Positions 39,995-52,243 of a DNA stretch of 64,000 bases are shown in pieces. Below the pieces are notes generated by a model. That model saw nothing but the letters and a program-made list of their open reading frames with translations. It had not been told where the DNA came from and ran no database searches. Source of the stretch: Squalus acanthias (lineage: Eukaryota); contig CM059449.1 of NCBI GenBank assembly GCA_030390025.1, positions 38,316,001 through 38,380,000 of the forward strand, written 5' to 3'. How positions within the stretch are numbered: position 1 is the stretch's first letter; each line of letters begins with the position of its first letter. Position numbers and translations under genes: made by a program.

Positions 39995-41812
39995 TGAACC
40001 ATTTTAATCCCACTCCAGAGAATTGAGCATTAAAATCTAGGCTGATAGTAGTAGGGAAAATGCTAGAGTCTGTTATAAAGGATGTGATAACAGGACACTT
40101 AGAAAATATCAACGGGATGAGACAAAGTCAACATGGATTTATGAAAGGTAAATCGTGTTTGTCATACCTACTGGAGTTTTTTGAAGATGTAACTGGTAGA
40201 ATAGATAAGGGAGAACCAGTGGATGTGGTGTATTTGGATTTTCAGAAAACCTCTGATAAAGTCCCACATAAGAGGTTAGTGTGCAAAATTAAAGCACATG
40301 GGATTGGGGATAATACACTGGCATGGATTGGAAATTGGTTAACAGACAGGAAACAGAGAGTAGGAATAAATGGGACTTGTTCGGGGTGGCAGGCGGTGAC
40401 TAGTGGGGTACCGCAGGGATCAGTGCTTGGGCCGCAGCTATTCACAATATAAATCAGTGATTTGGATGAGGAAACCAAATGTAATATTTCCCAGTTTGCT
40501 GACGACACGAAACTTGGAGAGATTGTGAGTTGTGAGGAGGATGCAAAGAGGCTTCAAGGCGATTTAGACAAGTTGATTGAGTGGGCAATTACATGACCGA
40601 TGCAGTATAACGTAGATAAATGTGAAGTTATCCACTTCGGTAGGAAAAACAGAAAGGTAGAGCATTATTTAAATGGTGATAGATTGGGAAATGTTGATGT
40701 ACAAAGGGACCTGGGTGTTCTTGTACACCAGTCACTGAAAGCAAACATGCACGTGCAGCAAGCAGTTAGGAAGTCAAATGCTATGTTGGCCTTCATTGCA
40801 AGAGGATTTGAGTACAGGAGGAAGGATGTTTTACTACAGTTATACAGGGTCTTGGTGAGACCACACCTGGAGTACTGTGTGCAGTTTTGGTCTCCTTACG
40901 TAAGAAAGGATATACTTGCCATCGAGGGGAGCAACGAAGGTTCACCAGACTGATTCCTGGGATGGCAGGACTGTCGTATGAGGAGAGATTGGTTCGACTA
41001 AGCCTGTATTCATTAGAGTTTAGAAGAATGAGAAGGGATCTCATTTAAACGTCTTAAATTCTGACAGGGCTAGAAAGACTGGATGCAGGCAGGATGTTTC
41101 CCCTGGCTGGGGGTGGGGGGGGGCGGTTTAGAACGAGGGTCACAGTCTCAGGATACGGGGTAGGACATTTAGGACTGAGATGAGGAGAAATTTCTTCACT
41201 CAGAGGGTGGTGAACCTGTGGAATTCTCTACCACAGAAGGCTGTGGAGGCCCAGTCACTGAATATATTTAAGAAGGATATAGATAGATTTCTAGACGCAA
41301 AAGGCATCGGGGGTATGGGGAGAGAGCGGGAATATGGTATTGAGATAGAGGATCAGCCATGATTATATTGAATGACGGAGCAGTCTCGATGGGCCGAATG
41401 GCCAATTCCTGCTCCTATTTTTCAATGTTTGTATGACACTCCAGTGCAGTACTGAGGGAGTGCCGAACTGTCGGAGGTGCCGTCCTTCAGATGAGATGTT
41501 AAACCGAGGCCCTATCTGCCCTCTCAGGTGGATGCAAAAGATCCCATGACACCAGCTCGAAGAAGAGCAGGGGAGATTTCTCCGGTTTCCTGGCCAATAT
41601 TTATCCTTCATTCACGATCATTAAAAACAGATTATCATTTTCACACCACTTTTTGCGGGAACTTGCTGTGCGCAACTTGAATGCCGCGTTTCCTACATTA
41701 CAACAGTGACTACCCTGAAAACGAAAGTACTTCATTGGCTGTAAAGCACTTTGGGACGTCCTGAGGTCGTGAAAGGCGCGCGATATAAATGAAAGTTTTT
41801 CTTTTTCTTTCT
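39995..41812 (+). mobile_element. DeuSINE-type SINE split by a CR1 insertion
   Basis: ..cccactccagag..aaaatctaggctga | cactccagtgcagtactgagggagtgc..aaagatcccatg..gaagaagagcagggg (Deu domain), T-rich tail. Confidence 0.75.
40046..41436 (+). mobile_element. CR1 LINE RT fragment (relatively young)
   Basis: SQHGFMKGKSCL, DVVYLDFQK, GVPQGSVLGP, FADD, RPHLEYCVQFWSP; few stops or frameshifts. Confidence 0.93.
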
Positions 41813-41927
41813 TTATAACAGATATTTACAATTCAAATATAATCCTGGGGCAGGCCAAAGGATTTTCTGCAAAGCCGCTGTGTCATACTTTTACAAACAG
41901 GGGTGTAACATTATACCCTCGCCTTAC

Positions 41928-42033
41928 CTCTGTTTTTTCCTCCACATATAGATTAAAACTATAACGATAGCCAGCGACACCAGTACACACACGACAATCA
42001 GCCCCACATGCTTGACTTTCTCTACTTTTCCTT
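41928..42033 (-). CDS. MHC class I-like gene, exon 5 (connecting peptide/TM: EGKVEKVKHVGLIVVCVLVSLAIVIVLIYMWRKKQ)
   Basis: tttttcag|106 nt|gtaagg; phase 1 in; hydrophobic span followed by RKK stop-transfer. Confidence 0.85.
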
Positions 42034-42939
42034 CTGAAAAATATTGGCAAGGGTTGTATAATTATATGTGCGGATTGACAGTTGTATATATAATCCGTGG
42101 AAAGCTATGGCCCTGCTCATGGTAAGTAGGATGATGCGCTGTTTTATATGGACAGTATCCCTACACCATATAATGCACAATGTATTATTTCATTAAGGTT
42201 TCTTTAAAGCCACAAACTTCACTTTTTGTGAATAAAGCACAGATTCTGGTCAAAGACAGGTGGTCAGGCTGTAAAGGTGACTGGGGGGTGGTGGAGGAAG
42301 AAGCAATGACTGTGAAGAATGAAGCATGGATTCTAGACTGATCGGGGCTGGGCCAGCGATAAGAATGTGCTGCTGGGAGGCCAGTGGAAAAAGGTTGTGG
42401 TCGTGGTGCTCAGCGAGGCAGGGGGAAAGCTAGCAGTCCTCTACCACGCAAACCCCCATGGATCGCTGTGTGAGGGGAGCCAGGTAGGAAAGTGGCAGAG
42501 GTCTGTGTCTGCGGGCCTGGTGAAAGGGGCAATATGAGGGGTAAGTAATGGCAGTTGAATAGATAATGCCAATGTGCCAGCTCCCAGGGCTGGGGGATCG
42601 AGCTTCTGACCGTCCCCGCAGCTCTGTGTGATGGGATGGGGCACAAGGTGCAAAGTTTACATTATATTCACACAGTTAAATCTTTGCTCCCTTTTACTTA
42701 TCTACAGCAATATCACTGCTGTCTCCAAAACCCAGACTGCTCCACAGTGCCACTCAGTGGTCAGCGTCTGTAACTGCTTACAGACTCCGTTTCTTTAATG
42801 CGAATTTTCAATGTACTGCAAGAGCAGGTTTGTGGTATCGTTCAACAATAGGCGGCACCCTATCATTTTCAATCTGTTACCTAATGTAATGTTAGATTGG
42901 TGCAGCAGCTTCGGAATCTTAACCACAGTCACCATTTTC

Positions 42940-44100
42940 AAAATAGACAGATAGAAATCGCGAGATAGATAGATAGAGNNNNNNNNNNNNNNNNNNNNNN
43001 NNNNNNNNNNNNNNNNNNNNNNNNNNNNNNNNNNNNNNNNNNNNNNNNNNNNNNNNNNNNNNNNNNNNNNNNNNNNNNNNNNNNNNNNNNNNNNNNNNNN
43101 NNNNNNNNNNNNNNNNNNNNNNNNNNNNNNNNNNNNNNNNNNNNNNNNNNNNNNNNNNNNNNNNNNNNNNNNNNNNNNNNNNNNNNNNNNNNNNNNNNNN
43201 NNNNNNNNNNNNNNNNNNNNNNNNNNNNNNNNNNNNNNNNNNNNNNNNNNNNNNNNNNNNNNNNNNNNNNNNNNNNNNNNNNNNNNNNNNNNNNNNNNNN
43301 NNNNNNNNNNNNNNNNNNNNNNNNNNNNNNNNNNNNNNNNNNNNNNNNNNNNNNNNNNNNNNNNNNNNNNNNNNNNNNNNNNNNNNNNNNNNNNNNNNNN
43401 NNNNNNNNNNNNNNNNNNNNNNNNNNNNNNNNNNNNNNNNNNNNNNNNNNNNNNNNNNNNNNNNNNNNNNNNNNNNNNNNNNNNNNNNNNNNNNNNNNNN
43501 NNNNNNNNNNNNNNNNNNNNNNNNNNNNNNNNNNNNNNNNNNNNNNNNNNNNNNNNNNNNNNNNNNNNNNNNNNNNNNNNNNNNNNNNNNNNNNNNNNNN
43601 NNNNNNNNNNNNNNNNNNNNNNNNNNNNNNNNNNNNNNNNNNNNNNNNNNNNNNNNNNNNNNNNNNNNNNNNNNNNNNNNNNNNNNNNNNNNNNNNNNNN
43701 NNNNNNNNNNNNNNNNNNNNNNNNNNNNNNNNNNNNNNNNNNNNNNNNNNNNNNNNNNNNNNNNNNNNNNNNNNNNNNNNNNNNNNNNNCAGAGATATAC
43801 AGACAGAGAGACAGACAGAGAGAGACAGTCAGACNNNNNNNNNNNNNNNNNNNNNNNNNNNNNNNNNNNNNNNNNNNNNNNNNNNNNNNNNNNNNNNNNN
43901 NNNNNNNNNNNNNNNNNNNNNNNNNNNNNNNNNNNNNNNNNNNNNNNNNNNNNNNNNNNNNNNNNNNNNNNNNNNNNNNNNNNNNNNNNNNNNNNNNNNN
44001 NNNNNNNNNNNNNNNNNNTGGGACGGAGAGAGAGAGAGAGAGAGAGAGACATAGTTAGAGAGACAAGGAGACAGATAGAGAGAAAGACAGACAGACAGAT
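42940..44100. repeat. (GATA/GACA/GA)n microsatellite with N gaps
   Basis: Visible directly. Confidence 0.95.
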
Positions 44101-45678
44101 CTGATTATAGGAAGCTGTGTATATGCAGCCCATAAAAGAGACCTTTAATGAACCGATTGTCTAATGGAAGGGATTGTATTAAACAACTGGGAACTGCGCA
44201 GGTTGGGCCGCAACATCTGGAACTTGCCCTCAGCAGAGGATCAGCGCAGTAACCGACCAGAAATACAATTCCAGGTCATAAGGATCATCCTACCTGTTCC
44301 CCTGAGGGAGGCACCTTTCCATGGAGAGACCTGAATGAGCAGCACCGTTATCTATTAAACAATTTGTGGTAGATTTTCACCGTGCCGCTCTGGTGTGAAA
44401 TTGTCGCTGTGGATCAGCCGCCTGTCACACAAACTGCCCGCTTTTCATTCCCATTGGAGGCAACTCCGGTTTTACACCCGGGCGGCAGGTTGGAAATCTA
44501 CCCCGCTGTGTCTAAACCAATAGCAGGAGGTTCCCCTGGAGACATTTGGTGAAACTGTTAATCACCAACAGCAATTTCTAGGCTTATCTCCTGGGGTCCC
44601 CCTACAGCTGTCCCAACCATCATTCTTGCTGCATCTCCTTGCTTTCTGGGCAAAGCCCACCGCCCCCACCTTCCCTGCCTGCAGCTCCCAGTGCACTTCG
44701 GCTCATCCCCGCCTCAGAAGCCCAGCCTCAGACTCACCCTTACCGCCAGGCCGCATTATTTTCACCCCTCCCCCCCACCCCCATTTCACTACATTTTAAT
44801 GACCTTTCCTCACAACACTTCCCCACTCCTCCTCTAATATCCCAAAGTGAACCGTCCTCTCATTCCCCACCTGAACAAAGAGACAAGAGAAGCAAAAACA
44901 CACTGAGGCTGAAAGGGAAATAGCTCAGCACAGAGCCAAAGTTCCAGCTCAGAAACCGAGCAGCTCCATCACCACAGTGAAAGGGAACAACAATGAGAAA
45001 GCAGAAACAAAGACTGAAGCAACAGCAAGTCGGGGAAATAAAGAGTCTGATGTCTGAGAGTGGGTGGTGAATGTAGATTAATCCATTCTCTAACCCAGAT
45101 AGACTGTGAACAGGGATTGATTTGTTATCTAACTCTGAGAACATGCAGTGTGTGTGAGGTGTGTGGGTATGGAGTGGAGATAGACAGCAAGAAGCAATGG
45201 GAAATATATCCAGATAAAGCAAGAGTGAGAAGCACACAATGAGGGGTAGGCGCAGATTATGGAAGTGTCAGAAGATAACAGGAATGGACTAAAAGAGAGA
45301 GCAAGAATGAAGAACAATCACAGACAGCCTGAAGTACAGAGATAATAAACGTGTTGTCTGATGTATGAAGAAATAGAGAGAAAGAAGAAGACAGAGAAAG
45401 TGATGGACAAGAAAATACAGTTACAGGGAGTGGAAGATTTCAATGTTCCTGTTCTTGTCCATCAGCAACAGCCCGGGAGAGTCAATAGTAACCAATAAAC
45501 ATCACTGGGAGACAGAATATCCGGTTCATTTGTAGAGGAATAGAGTAGTAAAGCAGGGAGGTAATGTGCAATTTGGTTCAGTCATTAATTTCATTGATCT
45601 CTTTCTGCTCTCTATCTCTGTATGGGTGAGTGTTGCTATTATTGATGGATTGTTCAGTATTGCTGCTCATGTCCTTAC

Positions 45679-45945
45679 CCCAGGAGACGGTTTGCCCACC
45701 CGGCAAGCTGCTGTGCTCAATATGACAGGAGTATTGTTTCCCATCATACGGATCAAATTCAAGGGTTGTCGTTAGTTGATACGTCCCATCGTGATTGGGT
45801 AATAACCCAGTAGATTTGTTCTCAGGGGCATGTTCTCCATTCTTCAACCAGGTCACGCTGATGGACTGTGGATAAAATCCAGTCACAAAGCAGTGGAGAA
45901 ACCAACGATCAGCAGCGCTGGCAATAACTGAGACCTCAGGGGAAA
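45679..45945 (-). CDS. MHC class I-like gene, exon 4 (alpha-3 Ig-C1 domain)
   Basis: LHCFVTGFYPQSISVTWLKNG, LLPNHDGTYQ, YSCHIEHSSL; 267 nt, phase 1-1, ag/gtaagg. Confidence 0.95.
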
Positions 45946-46173
45946 CTACATGATAGAACAACAGTTATTTTCAACTTCAATAAAAGTCACACATTTCAAA
46001 ACAGAATGAATGAAGTCATTTTAACTTTTGCCACTAATGTAAAACAGGTGATATCGGATCAGCCGCCTGTTAAAGGAGAATGGGGAGAGGTTCATAACGG
46101 AAGCTGATCCAATATCGCCAGTTCTACACTACCGCCAAAATTTAAATTTACCCCCAGTTTGTTCTGAACTTAC

Positions 46174-46449
46174 CTTGTCTGGTTAGTGAAGCATTTCCAA
46201 TAGAATAGTATCTCCTCCATAAATCCACACAGTAATTTTCTAATAAGCTCTTGAAATAAAGATTCATCTTTGTTTCCTTATCCCATTTCACTTTGAAGGT
46301 CTGAGCTATTGGATCATGTACGGTCCAAACCAATTTGTCTTTATCGAAACTAAATGCGTATCTTCCATCATAAGCGAATTTCAAAACCCCTACACTAGGA
46401 TTGGCATCATTCAGCTCACAGCCAAACAGTCCTTGAATGTAGTGAGTAC
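46174..46449 (-). CDS. MHC class I-like gene, exon 3 (alpha-2)
   Basis: THYIQGLFGCEL..FAYDG..KVKWD..CVDLWRRY; C101-C164 pair; 276 nt, phase 1-1. Confidence 0.95.
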
Positions 46450-47379
46450 CTGGAACAGTAATTGAATCGATCAATAGCTACATAATTATCTCATCTATAC
46501 ACCAAATCTCAGAATTTCAGTTATTTTTTAGTTACTCTTTCCATTACTATGTGTAGAAATGGAATTTAGTTTCTAAAACAAGGTTCATCACACAGGGACA
46601 TAGAATTTACAGCACAGAAAGAGAACAATTGGCACCAAAGTTAAACGGCAGCTGTCTGCTGTAATATTCCTGCTATATTAGGTGCTCAGACCTGCATGAA
46701 AAACCCCAACAGTGTCCTAACCAACGTCTTCTGTAAGTCAACATCAAGTCCCTGATGTTATACTCAATGACCCATTGAGCAAAATACAGACGAGGTGAAA
46801 TTGGTCTTTGCCAGTAGTGCGAAATGGACTCATAGCGAATCAGCACTCGTTTTACACTCCACCCATTGTTCTTCTAATAACTTCAAAGATATAAAATGGG
46901 CTGTCAATTCACCATGGCCCCAATGGAAGGGAAGATGGGGCGGAGTGTGTAATGGGTGGCCGATCCAATAGCACTCATTATACACTGTCACCAAAAGTTA
47001 AAATTACCCCTCACATATGCAACACCAGAGGACATTGAGTAGAAAATTTAAAACTCTTACATCTGTGTGTAATTCCTGTCCACAAAAGCATACTTCCTGT
47101 TGTCATATTTAATTTACATTTGTGTTAACAATTCCGTTTATAAATTCCTATGTCCACCTTAAAAGGAAGCTGCCACCGTCGGCTGGTCATGCTGCAATTA
47201 CACCCTCCCACCGGTGGCGGCACTGTCGGACTTAGCTTTGCATTTCCCAGAGAAACTGCGGTGCTCCAACCAATTCTACTTCTCTGCTTCCCAAATTGAA
47301 TAAATGTTGGTATTTAACTATAAATCTAGCTATATTAGATTAGAAATGTTATGTACTACCTGTCCACACCACCTACTAC

Positions 47380-48332
47380 GTACAGTTTTGGTCCCCTTAT
47401 TTAAGGAGGGATATACTTCCATTGGAGGCAGTTCAGAGAAGGTTCACTAGGTTGATTCCTGGGATGGAAGTGCTGTCTTATGAGGAAAGGATGAGCTGGT
47501 TCGGCCTGTACTCATTGGAGATTAGAGGAATGACAGGTGATCTTATTGTTACATATAATATTCTGAGGGGGTTGGACAGGGTTGATGCTGAGAGGGTGTT
47601 TCCCCTCGTCAGGCAATCTAGAACGAGGGGGCACAGTCTCAGAATAAGGGGTCGCCCATTTAAGACGGAGGTGAGGAGGAATTTCTTCTCTCCGAGTGTC
47701 AGGAAGCTTTGCAATTCTTTTCCCCAGAGAGCTGTGGAAGCTGAGTTATTGAACATATTTAAGGCTGAGATAGGCAGATCTTTGAGGAACAGGGGAATCA
47801 AGGGTTAGTGGGAGCGGGCAGCAAAGTGGAGTTGAGGCCAAAATTGGATCAGCCATGATCGCATTAAATGGCAGAGCAGGCTCGAGGGGCCGAATGGCCT
47901 GCTCCTGCTCTTATCTTATGTTCTTATGTTCTTACTTCCTGTTGTCACATTTTTATCAACCTTTGCCCAATATCAATTCCTCTGGATTCGTGTTCAAAAT
48001 CATAAAGGCCTTGGATAGAGTGAATAAGGAGTGAGGTCGTTAACAAGAGGACACAGATTTAAGGTAATTGGAAAACGTGCCAGAGGTGATATGACGGTTT
48101 TGTTTACGTGGTGGGTTGTTGTGATCTGGAATGTATTACCTGAGAGGGTGCTGGAAGCAGATTCAATAGTGACTTTTAAAAGGGAATTGGATAAATACTT
48201 GAAGGGGAATCGTTTCAGGGCAATGGGGAAAGGGCAGGGGAGTGGGTGTAATTGGGTAGCTTTCAAAGACTCGGCACAGGCGCGATGGGCCTAATGGCCT
48301 CTTTCTGTGATGTATTATTCTATGATTCTATA
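47380..48332 (+). mobile_element. Two CR1 3' fragments (47380-47933, 48000-48332)
   Basis: EAVQRRFTRLIPG..RRNFF; ttcttatg and ttctatga tails. Confidence 0.88.
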
Positions 48333-49318
48333 TGTCAACATTTGAAATGGGAGTTGCCGATGAAAAGTCAGCATGTTGCAATTGCACCCTCGCTGCAATG
48401 GTGGCGCTGTAATGCCTCAGTTTTTTGTTACCCAACTCTTCAGCCTATACTTCTGGAAAACTCCCGTGTATAAACCGACTCTACTTCTCACCTTCACAGT
48501 TTTCCAGCAATGTTGTTACTTAACTATAAAATAACATGCCAGAATATTAGCCAATGCTGTCACAATACATGCCAGAAATGATATTAAATTGGGGACTGCG
48601 TTATGTTTGCACAGCATAGGCTAACATACGCTGCCCTCCAAGCTTGTTACAATGGACTTGACTCCATGAAAGTAATTTTGACTTTGGATGAGTGTGTAAA
48701 ATGGGCGATATTGGATCGACCGCCCATTTTGCACCTCGCCTGATTCTCATGTCCATAGAGGTCAACGGAAGGGAAAATTAGACAGGGAGTATATTGGGTA
48801 GTCAGTTCGATATCGCTCATTTTACACTATTGCCCAAATATAAAATTGACCCCTAATGAATAGAAAACTGTGGGCAGTGCATTATGCTTTTCTGATAAGC
48901 AACCTGCGGGATATAAGATGGCATTGAAGCCTCAAACTTACACATCTACATTAAATATCAAATATGTGCTCACTAATATCACTGAGCAAATGCAATGATA
49001 TGAATAATAATCCTTCAATTTAATATTGCCAATATAATTCAATAAACACAATATTGCCAATATGATTCAATACATGTGTTATTTCCAATGTCATTTAGTA
49101 AATCTATTACGAATATTATTCATTAAAAGTAATATGACCATGCATGGAGGGGTTAATTTTAAATTGTGGTCATAGTGTAAAGCGGAAAATATCGGGTCAG
49201 TGGCTTGTTATAAACCTCGCACAATTGAAAGGGAATCCGAGCGAGGTGTAGAACGGGCGGTCGGTCCAATATTGGCCACTTTACTTATTTGCTGAAGAGT
49301 TAAAAATTACCCCATGAA

Positions 49319-50065
49319 GGCCAGAAATTCGGCTCTTCAGCTTCCCGCGGGTGCAAGAATCGTGCGCGTACTTACATACCGCGCCTGCCGTTGTGCTTCG
49401 GGCCCGCGTGGAATTCGGCTGCTGGGCCTCCTGCAGCTGTCGGCGCGCAGTGCTCGTGTATCCCAGGGGCGTAGTTTGTTCGAAGCGTCCCCTGGGATCA
49501 CGTGGGCCATGGAGAGCCAATCGGAGCAGGGAATCTTCATTCATAGATTTGACATGAAGACCTGTCAAATCTATGAACAGAGATCGGCCCCAAAACCTCA
49601 CTAAAACGTCAAATACATTTTTTTTTAAAAATCACATTTTTAAAATAACTATATATTACATAAATTAACTACTTTAAACAAAAATTTTAATTTTTGAAAA
49701 AATTAATTACACTTTTTAACTGTGCTAAAAATAAACTTACCTTTCTTTAAAGTATGTAAAAAAGATAAACCTGCTAATTTTTTATTAAATTGTACTTAAT
49801 TCACCACTTACCTTGATAAAAGCAGGCCTTGCACCTCCTTTTTCCCCACGCAGCTTCTCCGTACTTACCCTCACGGAGAAACCTGAAAAAAACCTGAAGT
49901 TCGAGGTCTAAGCACTGCCTCTCCAGCACACGCGTTCGACCACTGAACCCCTTCCTTCAGGGGAACGGAAGTTCCGGTTTCCAGCGCATGTGCAGTGCAT
50001 GCGCGAAACCGGCACTTTCGCTCGGTCTGTGGGTGAGTACCCGTGGAGACCCGAATTTCTGGCCC
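49319..50065 (+). mobile_element. MITE family A, copy 2
   Basis: Collinear with 230-999. Confidence 0.85.
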
Positions 50066-50117
50066 ATTATGATTAGTTACATGTAAACCACCAGCAAAAC
50101 AATTAAATAAACATAAT

Positions 50118-50879
50118 GGCCCGAAAATTAGACCTAATACGCGAGAGTACGCACTGTGTACTCTCACGTATTAGATCCCGAATTGCTGGTTTCCTGCATG
50201 CACTGCGCATGTGCGGGAAACCGGCACTTCGTGAATTGAAAAGGGGGCGGTTCCTAAGTGAACCACGTGCGCGCTACAGGCTGTGCGCACGCAGTGCACT
50301 TAGTTTTTTTTTCAGATTTGAATGCGCAGGTAAGTAGTGAAGATTTTACACACAAAGAAAGCAGGCGTAGGACCCCTTTTAACAAGGTAAGTAGTTAATT
50401 AAGTGTTATTTTAATTTTTTTTCAACAGGTTTATCTCTTTTAGAGACTTTAAAGAAAGGTAAGTTTATTTTTATAATTTTTAAAAAGATTTTAAATGTTT
50501 TCAAAAATTTTATTTTTTGTTTAAAGTGGTTAATTTATTTAACTATACTTATATTATTAATGTGATGGCTTTTTTTAAATTTAATTGAGGTTTAGCGGTT
50601 CTTTTGTGGGGGTGTAGTATTCATAGCTTTGACAGCTCTTGCCGTCAAAACTATGAATGAAAGATGGTGTGCTGCCATTGGCTCTAACTGAATCACGTGA
50701 TCCCAGAGCTCGCAAGAACTAATTGCGTCTCTGGGTCACGCAAGCACTGCATGGTTCCAACAGAGAGAGCCTTTGAAACTAAAGTTCGTGTGGGCCCGGA
50801 GCGAAAAGGTAGGCGCGGAATGCGATATCGCGGGGAATCCTTACCCCCGCGGGAACCATCCATGTTTAATTTCTGGGCC
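50118..50879 (-). mobile_element. Divergent MITE family A relative, inverted, with AAT target-site duplication
   Basis: aat|ggcccgaaaatta...taatttctgggcc|aat. Confidence 0.75.
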
Positions 50880-50989
50880 AATATTACAAATACCATGAAT
50901 TAAATGTAATAATACAAATGCCATTCAATGAACACTGGTGGTGGTGGGGAGGGGTGCATTTTTAACTGTTGGACCAGGTCAAATTTGTT

Positions 50990-51465
50990 CAATGCTGAAT
51001 CGGCCGCCCACTTTACACCATGTCCGAGCCTGGAGGAGTCCATGTTCCATGTATATATCGAATGTGCGAGGTTGCAGCCCCTCTTCCATTATTTGAAGGG
51101 GCTGCTCCTCGATTTTTCGCTGCACTGCAGGCCCACGCTCCTAATCTTTGGTCACTCCGTGCGGAGGGGAACGGGCAGATCGGGGGGCCTCCTTGTAGGG
51201 GCTGGCCAAAGTGGCCATCTACTGGTCCAGGCAGCAGGCGATCGAGGGGATCGTTCGGACCGACTGCCTGCCTCTCTTCCGCAGGCCACGTTCACGCCCG
51301 GGTGGCCCTGGAGATAGAGCACGTGGTGTCTGCCAGCATGCTCAAGGCCTTCCGTGACTGGTGGGCATCGCAGAGAATGGAGTGCATCATCACCCCCGTA
51401 AACAAATTTTAATTTAAGATGTTAAGTTTGCTTTAATGGTTATTTTTAGTTAAAGTTTATTTGTT
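50990..51465 (+). mobile_element. Tx1/L1-clade LINE 3' end
   Basis: PCPSLEESMFHVYIECARLQPLF zinc-knuckle-like motif, PTLLIFGH. Confidence 0.65.
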
Positions 51466-51766
51466 TATAATGTGCACCTAAAGAATTCAACATGTCCGAT
51501 TTTCAGAAAATCGATTAAGGTGTAAAACGGCAGCTGATTCACAGGCGCCCGGATTTTACATGTGATGAAAGTGACATTCAACTTTAGCAGGGTTGCTGAA
51601 CGGGTGGGAGCGGAAAAGCCGCCTGTTATAGATCCGGCCCATTTTACTGTGAAGGGAATGGGAAGGAAAATCAATCAGCATGTATAAAGGGTGGCCTCGC
51701 TGCTACTGCCCATTTTACACACACCAATACTGAATTTCGCCCCCTGTATGACCAATTTCATTCATT

Positions 51767-51945
51767 GGGGTTAATGTTACCTTCCAGAGATGGTGTAAAA
51801 TGGCTGATATCCAATTAGTTGTCCATTATACACCTCGCCTAATGTTCCCTTCCACTGAAGTCAATGGAAGGGAAAATCAGGCGGGTGTATATCAGGCGGT
51901 TCGATATCACTCATGCTACACTATCCTCCAAGTTTAAATGACCCC
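51767..51945. mobile_element. Palindromic MITE family B next to the alpha-1 donor
   Basis: gggg..tgtaaaatggctgatatc..ttccactgaagtcaatggaa..gatatcactcatgctaca..acccc. Confidence 0.72.
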
Positions 51946-51982
51946 TATCGTTCGCTGCATTCATTCAAACGAATACACTCAC

Positions 51983-52243
51983 TTGATGTTTGGTTGTTCT
52001 GCTGGCACCATCTATCAGCCGGTCCCTTGATGAGTCCGTGGAAACCAACTTGAGTGCTTGTGTATCCGTCCCAGTAACTCTTGGCAAATGCTTCCGCCAT
52101 CCATTGCTGTCTTGGAACAGTTATTTTCATATTTTTGTCGTAATAGCAAATCTCACAGCCATCCAATCGTGCCAGGAAACTATACTCCGGCAGATCAGCA
52201 ATCCCATGGTTCAGGGTGTAGTAATATAGCAGGGAGTGAGACT
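51983..52243 (-). CDS. MHC class I-like gene, exon 2 (alpha-1)
   Basis: ESHSLLYYYT..LDG..YYD..PRQQWM..YWD..NQT; 261 nt, phase 1-1, ctag|...|gtgagt. Confidence 0.93.

Noticed and set aside
42919-44133. 404-aa ORF (also ORFs at 62995-63417)
   Set aside because: Artefact of N runs and microsatellite
45679-52243. MHC class II or W-category gene
   Set aside because: Three extracellular exons a1-a2-a3 with class I motifs
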